From assembly GCF_009914755.1 (NCBI RefSeq), contig NC_060942.1: a stretch of 64,000 bases of DNA. The stretch is one strand, 5' to 3'. This DNA comes from the human T2T-CHM13v2.0 reference genome, Homo sapiens. Shown piece after piece: positions 1-20,504 of the stretch (positions are counted from its first letter, which is position 1; each line of letters opens with the position of its first letter). The position numbers and the translations under genes are program-made. The notes under the pieces are model-generated. The model searched no databases and was not told the DNA's origin. It was given only the letters and a program-made list of their open reading frames with translations.

Positions 1-733
1 GGCAATCATTAAAAAGTCAGGAAACAACAGGTGCTGGAGAGGTTGTGGAGAAATAGGAACACTTTTACACTGTTGGTGGGACTGTAAACTAGTTCAACCA
101 TCGTGGAAGTCATTGTGGCGATTCCTCAGGGATCTAGTACTAGAAATACCATTTGACCCAGCCATCCCATTACTGGGTATATACCCAAATGACTGTAAAT
201 CATGCTGCTATAAAGACACATGCACATGTATGTTTATTGCGGCATTATTCACAATAGCAAAGACTTGGAACCAACCCAAATGTCCAACAATGATAGTCTG
301 GATTAAGAAAATGTGGCACATATACACCATGGAATACTATGCAGCCATAAAAAATGATGAGTTCATGTCCTTTGTAGGGACATGGATGAAATTGGAAACC
401 ATCATTCTCAGTAAACTATCGCAAGAACAAAAAACCAAACACCGCATATTCTCACTCATAGGTGGGAATTGAACAATGAGATCACATGGACACAGGAAGG
501 GGAATATCACACTCTGGGGACTGTTGTGGGGTCGGGGGAGGGGGGAGGGATAGCATTGGGAGATATACCTAATGATAGATGACACGTTAGTGGGTGCAGC
601 ACACCAGCATGGCACATGTATACATATGTAACTAACCTGCACAATGTGCACATGTACCCTAAAACTTAAAGTATAATAAAAAATACAAAATAAAAAATAA
701 AAAAAATAATAATAAAAAAAATAAAATAAAATA
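1..733 (+). mobile_element. 3' end of young LINE-1 (L1HS, pre-Ta-like ACG/A haplotype); continues left of the window
   Basis: ORF2 C-terminus is followed by the L1 3'UTR with its G-rich tract (~527-549) and an A-rich tail (~675-733). The 3'UTR reads GAC-ACG-TTAG (ACG at 584-586) and CTTAAAGTAT (A at 669). Confidence 0.95.
2..472 (+). CDS. L1 ORF2p C-terminal fragment (cysteine-rich CCHC region), frame open throughout the visible part
   Basis: Translates [28 protein letters not shown]...IFSLIGGN*, with the stop at 470-472. The upstream part lies outside the window, so overall intactness is unknown. Confidence 0.8.
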   Translation, partial: AIIKKSGNNRCWRGCGEIGTLLHCWWDCKLVQPSWKSLWRFLRDLVLEIPFDPAIPLLGIYPNDCKSCCYKDTCTCMFIAALFTIAKTWNQPKCPTMIVWIKKMWHIYTMEYYAAIKNDEFMSFVGTWMKLETIILSKLSQEQKTKHRIFSLIGGN

Positions 734-2100
734 GGTGTGCTGTGTGTCACTGATAAAGCAGTGAAACCTAAAAGAAGCTGTAATTTTAGTTCAAATACGA
801 TTGTATTTCAAAGATGTGGATGAATTCCTTCTGCTTTTTGTTCTCCATAGTTCCACTCCTCAGTGGCCAAACTGCCTTTTTCCTAAAATTAATTTTGCTA
901 GCAGACAAATATATGTATACTTAATATAAGTAATTAATATGCTTTAGAAGAGTGGTGAAATGCCCGTTAAAGTAGCAAAAATAAATAACAACAGCTAAAT
1001 GTTTACAACATTATTGGGAATCCAATATATTCATTCTTTTGGCAGCACTGAAAATTGACTCAATTCTAGCAAACAATCTGGCAATGTATAACAAAGCTGT
1101 GATTCAAAATGACAAGTATGAAGATTGTATTTTATGCACATTTCAATGTATCAAGATAAAAGAAAAAATTGAACTCAAAATACCATCTATCACTGACTGC
1201 AAATGAGAATGTGCATATGTGTATTAGCATATAAATAAAGTGGCAAGAAATTGAAAAAAAAAAAAAAAGAACTGGAAATTGTCAAGGGAATCTGAACCCA
1301 GCTACCATATGAGAGAGTTCAACTTACGTTCAATGTGAATACCATGGCAATATTAAAAGGTAAGAATTCACTCCATACGTGCTTGAGGTAAATAGGAGAA
1401 ACCTAGAATTTATGTAAACAGTGAGAAGATTGGATGCGTTTTCCGTCATATATTTTAATACTAGCAGCATATTATATATGTCAATCCATCAGGCATTCAA
1501 AAGTACATGCTTATGAAAATTTTTTGCACCATCAAACAAAAGACAAAGGTAGAAGACATTTGTAACCCTATAAACACTAGTAAATTAAAAACAGAAGGAC
1601 CTTTATGTCCTAATATATCTATGTTGTGAAAGGCTGCCCTGTGAAATATGGGATATCTTAAATATATTTTAAAAATCATAGGTGTCAATATTTTTTAGAA
1701 ATCCATTTAAATTTTCTCTTGCTTTTTTACAATTCCTATTTATTTATTTAGTGGTTCTGCTGATTTTGATGTATATCCTAAACTTTACATTTTCTTTAAA
1801 GTATGTTTTATACAACTTTATGTAAAATGTTTCAGTATCTTCACATTCTCTCCCTGTCCTTTTGTTTTGCTCTTATATGGTGGCCTTGAGTCTTTTCTCT
1901 GGCTTTTCAAACCTAGTAAGACTAAGAAACCAAAGTAACTTTGCCCGTGGTTTGGTAATGCCTTCTAAAGCACATCCTAAGCTCTCATGCATACAGGGGT
2001 CTCCTTTGAGCTCTATGCTTTTGAGATCCCATATACCTAAATTCCATTACTCCAAATCAGTACTGCTCAGTTTTAGTTACTAAGTTTAAAAATGTATTTT

Positions 2101-5955
<3,855 letters not shown>

Positions 5956-7083
5956 TAGTGCACTCTTACTTCTTTCTTTACTACTGGTATACATGTATAT
6001 TCCTTTAAATAAATCTTGGAATTTATTTAAAAATTTTAAATTATACTAATGAAACTGTATATTGTTGTGGATTCATAGGTGAATTTGGAAAGAATTTGTC
6101 TTTATGATACTAAATCCTTTTTATCCAAGAATCATATGTGCCTTTATATTAATTCCAGTCTATATTTATATCACTGTGTAAATATATAGAAAGGTAGATA
6201 CATACAGCTGTAGTTATAGATAGATACACATATGGATAAAACATGTTAAATCTATATCTATCCCATATAACATATATGCATGTTATATGTGTGTGTGTGT
6301 ATATATATGTTTGTGTTATTAAAGAGCTCCCTTAAAATTTTTCTTTTATTTCCTATATAATTTTAGGTTGAACTTGAATTTTCCTTGTATAAACAAGCAA
6401 ATATTTATACTAGTTTTAATACTGAGGTTTAGACATTCTATCTTATTTTAGCATTGAATATTTTCACAATTATTATAAATATTATGTAATATTAATAATG
6501 TAACTTAAAAATATTTAAAATTGTACCTTTGAATTATTTTATTGTTGAATTTAAATTCCTTTAAGTATGATAGTAAATTTATATTTTATGCTTTCTCTAT
6601 GCATATGCAAATTATCCACTTCTCTACCTCTATGTAGTAACATATGAAAATCAGGCCTCTGTTCTTCTAATGGACATACACATGTTTTCATATAGAATAT
6701 CAGACTCTTTATAGTATTTAAAATCTTTAAAGACGTGAATATGACCTTTTAACAAATATATTTTAGCTTGTACTGAGAATCCCCTATTTATTTTTTATTT
6801 GAGCTAACCAATATATTATTAATATTATAGGATTACCAAATTTGGAATCACACTTTCATCCCCAAGGTGGATATTTGTTTTATTTTTTTGCCAATTTCTT
6901 GTCTTACTGTTTCAAATATTGTTGGATATTATTTTTATTTTATTTGGCATTTTAGTATCAATATTTGTGAGTGATGTACTCTACGTATTTTTTCTTCAAT
7001 ATCTGGTGGGTTTTATAATTACTGCTATATTGGATTTGTAGTAGACATTGAGAAAAATTATTCCTGCATGTTTTATAGCTGTA

Positions 7084-7630
7084 TGAAGGAAACTAATATA
7101 TTTTACCCCAAAATATATTTCCTTGAAATATTTCAAAATGGCTATTGAGAAGGGCTGGAAATGCAAACTTAGCTGCAAAGCTGTCTTGGGGAGATTCGCA
7201 TCGGTAGAGAATCTGCCTTGATGCAGCCAGGCTTTCTCTGAGGTCTGCCCCCTTGTCTGGATCTAGGAAAGGTTAACTGAGTGTCGGAGGTCTCCAAAGG
7301 TCTGAAAGAAACATTTTCTGTCTATTCTCTCTGAGGACTGCTCCCAGTGAGGTTTCACCTACGTAATAAGTCCACTGTTGCTAGACAGGGTACTTTTCCC
7401 ACATAACCTTTTTTTTTTTTCCCTGTGATCCAAGACCCCATTCTTTCTGTAAACTTCATGTGGTAGATAAGCTTCTGCACCCATCGTGTGTCTGGGTCTT
7501 CATTGTAAGGGCTCCAGTGTACACACATTGCAGAAACCTGTTTGCCTTTTCTACTATTTATCTGCCTCCTATTAGTGATTATCAGGGAAACTTCAGAAGG
7601 CAAAAGGGACATTCTCCTTTAGCCCATACT
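7084..7630 (+). mobile_element. ERV1 solo LTR, MER39/MER34-like
   Basis: Starts TGAAGGAAACTAATATATTTTACCCCAAAATATA and ends with an ...AACTTCAGAAGGCAAAAGGG...GCCCATAC terminus typical of this group. Similar to the copy at 9545-10486. Subfamily recalled from memory. Confidence 0.65.
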
Positions 7631-7813
7631 CAGACAAAATCCCCCAACATTTAACTGATTCCTAATAGCTTAAAATCACTTTGAAAACTCCATATATTTA
7701 TAACCTTTTCTTCCCTCTATGATTTCTGTTCAGCTTGTGTTTTGTTTTTTATTGCATTTACTTCATCCTCGAAAAGACCTATTTTATGTCTATTTATTCT
7801 CATTTATTGACAT

Positions 7814-8264
7814 TGAGAAAAGAAAATAACTTTCATGTTAGAAATGCAAGTCCTTTTAAATAATCAGGCCCAGAGAGATATTCAAAGGAGACAGCAGTTC
7901 TGTCCTGCTCCTCTTTGAGCTGTGTGTTCATCTAGGCTGCTTGCTGTTGCCACAGTAGCTATAAATTAACCAATAATGCCACACCAGACACTATAATCCA
8001 CACCCAATAATAGTGTAACAGTGTATAGCAAGTCACTAATAAATGTTATTTCCATAAGCCAATGAGAATTTGTGACAAACCTCTTTGCATCATCCCACTT
8101 CTTGTCCCTTTTTTGCCTTTAAGAAACTGCTTGTTGCAAAGCTCCAAATGGAGTTCATATCCAAGGATACTTGGGTCTGTTTCTTCCAGGCAGCTGTCCT
8201 CATTGTGGCTCAAGTAAACTCTGAATTACATTTTGTGCCTCAGCCTCTTCCACTTAGATTAACA
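7814..8264 (+). mobile_element. ERV1 (MER4-group, LTR54-like) solo LTR
   Basis: TG...CA termini with a perfect 4-bp TSD ACAT (7810-7813 and 8265-8268). Homologous to 34305-34772. Confidence 0.75.
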
Positions 8265-8379
8265 ACATGGATTTGTGTCACCATGTACAGCAATTAAAAT
8301 GTTTACACTTTTCCCCTCGAGGGCACTGATGTGTTTTCCTGAGCACTTGGAATAGCTACATAGTGTTTCCTGTCTAGAT

Positions 8380-8572
8380 TATGGTTTCTCAACCTTGGTG
8401 CTACTTACCTTTAGGACCAGAGGATTCTTTGTTGTGGGAGGCTGCCCTAGCAATGCTAGGTGTTTCGTTTGACCTCTAAATTTCACACCTCCACCAGTCT
8501 TGACATCCCCACAATAACCCTAGACATTGACAAATGTCTCCTGGGGAAAACTCCACCAGTTGACAGCCAAAG
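8380..8572 (-). mobile_element. MER20 DNA transposon (hAT-Charlie) remnant
   Basis: GGTTTCTCAACC...ATTCTTTGTTGTGGGAGGCTG...AGACATTGACAAATGTCTCCTGGGG matches the MER20 consensus in antisense. Confidence 0.75.
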
Positions 8573-9544
8573 TTCTTGAAATATTGGAATCGTCAATTGA
8601 GTTTTTATGTTATCCAAAACAAATATTTTTCTTTGTTTTTAAACATCTACTTCCATCTACTTATCTACTTATTTTTACTTTTATTTGTAACTTAATTCCA
8701 TCAAGGAGAGAGAGTGCATTTTGTGTATGCTAAATTTTTGAAGAATGTATTGATTTTTTATGACCTGATATATGGATGATATGTAGATATCACATGTTTG
8801 TATTATCAAATTTTGGGGCAATAATAAAATAAATACTTATAATATTTATATTGTCACTGTATATTAGTTATTTCTTTCTTCACTACAGGAGTTTTTCAAC
8901 CTATAGGCTATTTTTCAATTCAAGGTTATCCAGTAGATTTTGAAATGTTATGATTAAATATCTACCTCTCAAGCATTCATGTTTGCAAAGGAATCAATCC
9001 CAAGCTCTTATAATGCACATCATATAAAGGGCAGATTAGTCAATATATGGTTCAGAAATAATTATGTAATATTTATAAGAAAATTAAAAATTTAGATCCT
9101 TAACTCAGATAACAATAATCCAAATTAAAATTTGATTTAATTACATAATTTTAAATGACACCAGAATACTAGTAAAAATGTAGATAAGTTTATATAATCC
9201 TTTTTAGCTGTAGAACTTTATTAGCATAAATTCAAACTACAGGAACCAAAGTAAGATTGAGACCTATAGTCAAAGGTTAAAATGTACACATTATAGGGGC
9301 ATGATTAAACTAATTTAAAGCATAATAACATGGAGAAATATTGCAAAACATACATTTTACTGAATTAATTGTTAATATCTAATCATTACGTGAGAACAAA
9401 GGTAAAGAGTAGATACACACACACACCCACACACAAGTGCAATATTGTCAATAAACGTGATGTTCAGCTACACTAGAAATCACACCTATGTTTTCTCCAC
9501 AGAAAAGTAAAGATTAAAAATCACAATAATATTTATTGTACATA

Positions 9545-10486
<942 letters not shown>

Positions 10487-11853
10487 AGAAAAGACAAATA
10501 TATATGTGACAAATAATATTTAGAGTGTAAGACGCTTTTTAAAGGTATATTTGCAATTTGTGTCAAAACATTTAAATATACATTTGTTACTTTATAAAAT
10601 TTCAAATAATTTAAGCTAAATACATAGAATATGCAGAAAATTTAGCAATATTTGTATGTAGCACCTTACTGTGCATTACTGTAACCAGCTGTCTAATATA
10701 AAGAACTAATTAAGGTAGCACCTACTTTTCAAATATCGCATTTTTTCACAGACCTATTAAATAAGACAAATAACATTTAAACTTTATTTTTAAATTTGCA
10801 GAATAGTATTTTTCAGCAGATGGTTTATTTTAGCAAATTCCGTCTTCACATTGTGCTATGCTTTTATGAGTTCCAGCTGTTAACCGATAATATTTTACTG
10901 CTGAATCTATCATGTGTGATATAATTGCTCATTATGTGCCTTAAAACACAAGCGATATAGTTATTTTCAACTTGGAGCAAATTAAAATTTTATCAGCAAT
11001 TTAAAAAGTCTAGAGTAGTCTTCTTCTGGTTTATTATTTTAAACTTGTATTTTTCTCTTTATGTTTTTAGTGAGTTGTCTTATCAAGGAGAAGAACTCAA
11101 GCTGATTATTCTTTTTTTTTTCTCTTCCATCCACCTCGCTGGTGTGTGAATAATTTCATTTCTCAGAAAATGTTCTTTCATATCCATCTTATAAGATGAG
11201 AGACGTTTTAACATCTTCCATTCGGATGTGATACCAGTAATGGAAAATATTCCAGCTTCATGAATATGGTGATACAAATAGTTATCCGTCTAACTTCTGT
11301 CAGTGCCAAATGTTTACTTTACTCAGTGAATTACTCAGCTGACTGGTAATTTCTTCTGAAATCACTAATGAGAGGATCAGAGGTCTGGCTGTTGTCTGTA
11401 CCTCGTATGACTCCCAGTGCAGACAATTGTTTCTATGGAGCACAGACAGTTGAATGGATTGACTTCATGCCTAGAATAGTTTCTGCTGTGCTTCTTATCC
11501 TTCTTGTGGAGATTTCAGATTATCTGAATTGCTTTTCTATCTTAAGAAAAAACTCCACAATTCTCCCACCTGAGAGGAATGTAAACTTTAGTAAGTTAGC
11601 AGAAGCAATCCGTAAAGTTTTTACATTGTTTGCTGTAAAATGCAGCGTTGGTGTCTCCATCACTAACCTTTTCTATCCCTCATTGCTCTTTCTTTGACTG
11701 CACTAGGATACCTCTAGGCAAATCTGTATTCCCGAGACAGAGTGCCCTTTCTGTTAGCTATAAGTACACTCAATGGTAGGCTGAAATGATAGTTTTTATC
11801 TATGGCAAAATGGAATCATATCAGTGATTTTTTTTAAAAGGAAATTTAACTCT

Positions 11854-12010
11854 TGCTATGGTTTGAATGCTTGCCCCTTCCAAATCTCCTGTTAAAATTT
11901 GATCCCCAATGTTGCAGGTGGGGCTTACTGGGAGGTGTTTTGTCATGGGGATGGACCTTCATGAATGGATAATACCCTCCCTTGGGAATCTCAAGCTATC
12001 CTCCCTCCTC
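11854..12010 (+). mobile_element. MaLR MST-family LTR fragment
   Basis: TGCTATGGTTTGAATG...CAAATCTC.TGTT.AAATTTGATCCCCAATGTTG.AGGTGGGGC matches an MST LTR start; the rest is truncated. Confidence 0.7.
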
Positions 12011-12059
12011 GGTGCCCTCAGGAATGAAAGTACCATTCTTTATTCAACTATAATTCCCC

Positions 12060-14320
12060 CACCCATCCCTTTTGAGATATTAATTAAATGTATGTTACAC
12101 TGCTGCATATTGTCTCACGTATCAGTGAGTTTCTGGCTTTCTTATTTTAGTTTACCCTTTGTCCTTTAGTTTGTAAAGCTTCTAATTTTTCTATATATTT
12201 TCTGATGTTAGGGTAAAATCCATGACTTATTCTATCTCATGGAATTTTTATTTCAAATATTTATTTTTCATCTATGTGTGTCACATTTTTCATTTTATAA
12301 CTTCCATTTTTCTCCTATGTTCAATTTTCATTTAAGTACTTTGACTTATATATGTATTTATCTATATGTATTTATAAAATATATTTACTTTAAGGACCTT
12401 GAAAATTCCTTCTTCTGTCATTTATAAATGACTTATTTTTATCCTATTAATATATATCTTAATAATATATATCTTCCGGCTTCTTTGCATGTCAGAGTTT
12501 TTTTTGGGGGGGGGTATTTTGATGTTATGCTATTGAATATCTAGATTTTATTCGCTACCTTTGAACAATGTTGTGGCAGGCAGTTCAGTAACTTCAGGAT
12601 GAGTATTTTTCTGTTGTTGTTTTAAATCTTCTCTTTAAACTTTGTTGAGTTAGTCTAGAGCCATCTGTAATTTGGAGCTAAATGAGCACTGTCACTAGGG
12701 CATGAACCTCCAGTGGTCTTTACTGAATATCCTGGAGGTACAGAGGGGATTCCCTTCTCTGGCTGGTCAGAGCTAACATGTCTTCCTGTCATGTGATGCC
12801 AGGGAAGTGTTCTTCCAACTCCCTGGTAGAGTCCTTTGCTGAGCTCCTTAGAATTTCATCCTATGTACATTTGGCTTAGGGACTTGGGAGAAACCTTAGG
12901 CTGATTATTGGTTCCTTTTTCTGTAAACATTCTCTTCTACTACACATTCTAGCTGCTTAACATTTTGGTTTTTATCTGGTTCCTCAGTGCAATGACAATG
13001 TCTGCTCTCTCTGGGATTCGTCTCTACTGCTGTCACGGAGAACCTGGGAATAAAGCAGGACTCATTCTGGCTCCTTCTTTTCTCTTGCGGAGCACTGTCC
13101 TGTGCTGCCTGATGTTCAGTATTTCAAAAAAAGTTTCATATATTTTGTCCAGTTTACTATTCTTTAACTCTAAAAGAGTAACTCCAGTCCCAGTTACAGC
13201 ATCATGTTCTGTAACTCTACTCCTTGTTGCTTCATTCTGCCATTGTCTGGTATGATTGCCCCTTTCCCTTCTGTAATCAGGCCAAGAGCATAACATAATA
13301 CTAGTTATAACTGCACAGCTTGCCTCCGTTGTGTAAAAAAATCACTGAGACTTAACTGTGTCCAACTTTTTAAATGTGAATATAAGTACAACTAAAGCTA
13401 TATTTTGTTTAATATTTGCATTGCATGCTTTTCCATTATTTAGTTTTAACATATGTGAAATATAAATATAAATTATAAAAACTTTAAGAGAGTCCATTTA
13501 AAAAATCTGGTCTGATTATGTTTTAACTGGTTTATTACAACGTGCATTCTTGAATTCAGGGTCTAATATAATTGGTACATTTGTCTATTTGCAAAAAAAC
13601 TTGACAATATTTTAAAATTAGTTTATCCAACTCACAACTTATATGCTTCTGCTGTTGTATGGAAGATGCATTTTAAACTTTATGAGATAGCATTCTGTTA
13701 TACAGTCGATATCCAATTAAATTTCTCTCTATGTTTATTTCTTTCATTAAAAAAAGCGTTCTTCTAACTGCAAACTTTCATCAGGGATCATAGCTCTTCT
13801 ACCTGAAGAATAATCTTTAGTATTTCTTTTCCTGTGGGTCTGCTTGGGATAAATTCTTTATTGTATCTTTGCTTTTGATGGATATGTCCACCAAGTAGGC
13901 AGTTCTAGGTCGGCACTTATTTTATTTCAGGACTTGAAAGGTATCAATACCTCACTTGTTGGCTTTCATAGTTTCATTTGAGAAGGTTGTTATCAGTCAA
14001 CTCTTTCTCTTTATAGTTAGCCCAATTTTTTTATCAAGTGCTTTTGACATTTTTCTTTTACTTTTCAGAAATTGTCCCATTATGTTTCTAGGTGTGTCCT
14101 CTCTGTGTGTTTTCATTTGGTTTGCAAAGCCTCCTGAACCTGTGGATTAATATTATTGGTCAATTTTGATAAAACCTCTAACATTGCCACTTAAAATGCT
14201 GTTCAGACCAGCTGTTTTCTCCTTCTTAGATTTCAACGTGTTAGATTATTACTGTATGCTTTATATTTTTTAAATAACCTTTCTCTACTTTTTTTAGTTG
14301 GTTAATCTGTATTAGTGTAT
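12060..14320 (-). mobile_element. Patchy, highly diverged old L1M fragments
   Basis: T-rich antisense L1-like stretches (e.g. 13800-14200). Boundaries approximate. Confidence 0.4.
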
Positions 14321-14561
14321 ATTTTGCTTTTTTATTTTATTTTATTTTATTTTATTATTATACTTTAAGTTTTAGGATACATGTGCACAATGTGCAGGAT
14401 TGCAACATAAGTATTCATGTGCCATATTGGTGTGCTGCACCCATTAACTCGTCATTTAGCATTAGGAATATCTCCTAATGCTATCCCTCCCCCCTCCCCC
14501 GACCACACAACAGTCCCCGAAGTGTGATGTTCCCCTTCCAGTGTCTGTGTGTTCTCATTGT

Positions 14562-18379
<3,818 letters not shown>

Positions 18380-18442
18380 TGTGATGCTAGCTGGTTATTT
18401 TGCTCGTTAGTTGATGCAGTTTCTTCCTAGTCTCGATGGTCT

Positions 18443-19457
18443 TTACATTTTGGCATGATTTTGCAGCGGCTGGTACTGGTTGTTCCTTTCCATGTTTAGT
18501 GCTTCCTTCAGGAGCTCTTTTAGGGCAGGCCTGGTGGTGACAAAATCTCTCAGCATTTGCTTGTCTGTAAAGTATTTTATTTCTCCTTCACTTATGAAGC
18601 TTAGTTTGGCTGGATATGAAATTCTGCGTTGAAAATTCTTTTCTTTAAGAATGTTGAATATCGGCCCCCACTCTCTTCTGGCTTCTAGAGTTTCTGCCAA
18701 GATGTCCACTGTTAGTCTGATTGGCTTCCCTTTGTGGGTAACCTGACCTTTCTTTCTGGCTGCCCTTAACATTTTTTCCTTCCTTTCAACTATGGTGAAT
18801 CTGACAATTATGTGTCTTGGAATTGCTCTTCTCGAGGAGTATCTTTGTGGCATTCTCTGTATTTCCTGAATCTGAATGTTGGCCTGCCTTGCTAGATTGG
18901 GGAAGTTCTCCTGGATAATATCCTGCAGAGTGTTTTCCAACTTGGTTCCATTCTCCCCATCAGTTTCAGGTACACCAATCAGACATAGATTTGGTCTTTT
19001 CACATAGTCCCATATTTCTTGGAGGTTTGTTCATTTCTTTTTATTCTTTTTTCTCTAAACTTCCCTTCTCGCTTCATTTCATTCATTTCTTCTTCCATCA
19101 CTTATACCCTTTCTTCCAGTTGATCACATCGGCTCCTGAAGCTTCTGCATTCTTCACGTAGTTCTCGAGCCTTGGCTTTCAGCTCCATCAGCTCCTTTAA
19201 GCACTTATCTGTATTGGTTATTCTAGATATACATTCGTCTAAATTTTTTCAAAGTTTTTAACTTCTTTGCCTTTGGTTTGAATTTCCTCCTGTAGCTCAG
19301 AGTAGTTTGATCGTCTGAAGCCTTCTTTTCTCAACTTGTCAAAGTCATTCTCCACCCAGCTTTTTTCCATTGCTGGTGAGGAACTGCGTTCCTTTGGAGG
19401 AGGAGAGGTGCTCTGCTTTTTAGAATTTCCAATTTTTCTGCTCTGTTTTTTCCCCAT
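18443..19457 (-). pseudogene. L1 ORF1p, disrupted
   Basis: Starts MGKKQSRK at 19457. Early stop at 19239-19241 after a frameshift. C-terminal part 18443-19003 ends ...YQPLQNHAKM*. Confidence 0.9.
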
Positions 19458-19459
19458 CT

Positions 19460-20488
19460 TTGTGGTTGTATCTACTTTTGGTCTTTGATGATGGTGATGT
19501 AGAGATGGGTTTTTGGTGTTTATGTCCTTTCTGTTTGTAAGTTTTCCTTCTAACAGACAGGACCCTCAGCTGCAGGTCTGTTGGAGTTTTCTAGAGGTCC
19601 ACTCCAGACCCTGTTTGCCTGGGTATTAGCAGCGGTGGCTGCAGAACAGCAGATTTTCGTGAACCAAAAATGCTGCTGTCTGATTGTTCCTCTGGAAGTT
19701 TTGTCTCAGAGGAGTACCTGGCCGTGTGAGGTGTCAGTCTGCCCGTACTGGGGGGTGCCTCCCAGTTAGGCTGCTTAGGGGTCAAGGGTCAGGGACCCAC
19801 TTGAGGAGGCAGTCTGCCTGTTCTCAGATCTCCAGCTGTGTGCTGGGAGAACCACTGCTCTCTTCAAAGCTGTCAGACAGGGACATTTAAGTCTGCAGAG
19901 GTTACTGCTGTCTTTTTGTTTGTCTGTGCCCTGCCCCCAGAGGTGGAGCCTTAAGAGGCAGGCAGGCCTCCTTGAGCTGTGGTGGTCTCCACCCAGTTCG
20001 AGTTCCTGGCCGCTTTGTTTACCTACGCAAGCCTGGGCAGTTGCGAGCGACCCTCCTCAAGCCTTGCTGCTGCCTTGCAGTTTGATCTCAGACTGCTGTG
20101 CTAGCAATCAGCGAGACTCCATGGGCGTATCACCCTCTGAGCCAGGTGCAGGATATAATCTCCTGATGCGCTGTTTGTTAAGACCATCGGAAAAGCACAG
20201 TATTACAGTGGGAGTTACCCGATTTTCCAGGTGCCGTCTGTCACCCCTTTCTTTGACTAGGAAAGGGAACTCCCTGACCCCTTGCACTTGCCGAGTGAGG
20301 CAGTGCCTCACCCTGCTTCGGCTCATGAACTGTGCACTGCACCCACTGTCCTGCATCTGCTGTCTGGCACTCCCTAGTGAGATGAACCCAGTACCTGAGA
20401 TAGAAATGCAGAAATCACCCGTCTTCTGCATTGTTGACCCTGGGAGCTGTAGACTGGAGCTGTTCCTATTCGGCCATCTTGGCTACAC
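19460..20488 (-). promoter_or_regulatory. L1 5'UTR internal promoter and antisense promoter region, retaining the ~129-bp ZNF93-target segment (~19587-19715)
   Basis: The segment between the GGAGT repeats at 19583-19587 and 19711-19715 is the one absent from later L1PA3, L1PA2 and L1HS. Many CpGs have decayed. Confidence 0.7.
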
Positions 20489-20504
20489 TTGGTAGTTTCT
20501 TTTC

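Noticed and set aside
1269-1365. Possible + strand exon ending at AAAG|GTAAGA (donor at 1360)
   Set aside because: Good donor, but the upstream sequence is a poly-A run rather than an acceptor, and no recognisable protein is encoded.
6270-6310. (TG)n(TA)n microsatellite and similar short repeats (9414-9434, 10275-10350)
   Set aside because: Ordinary simple repeats.
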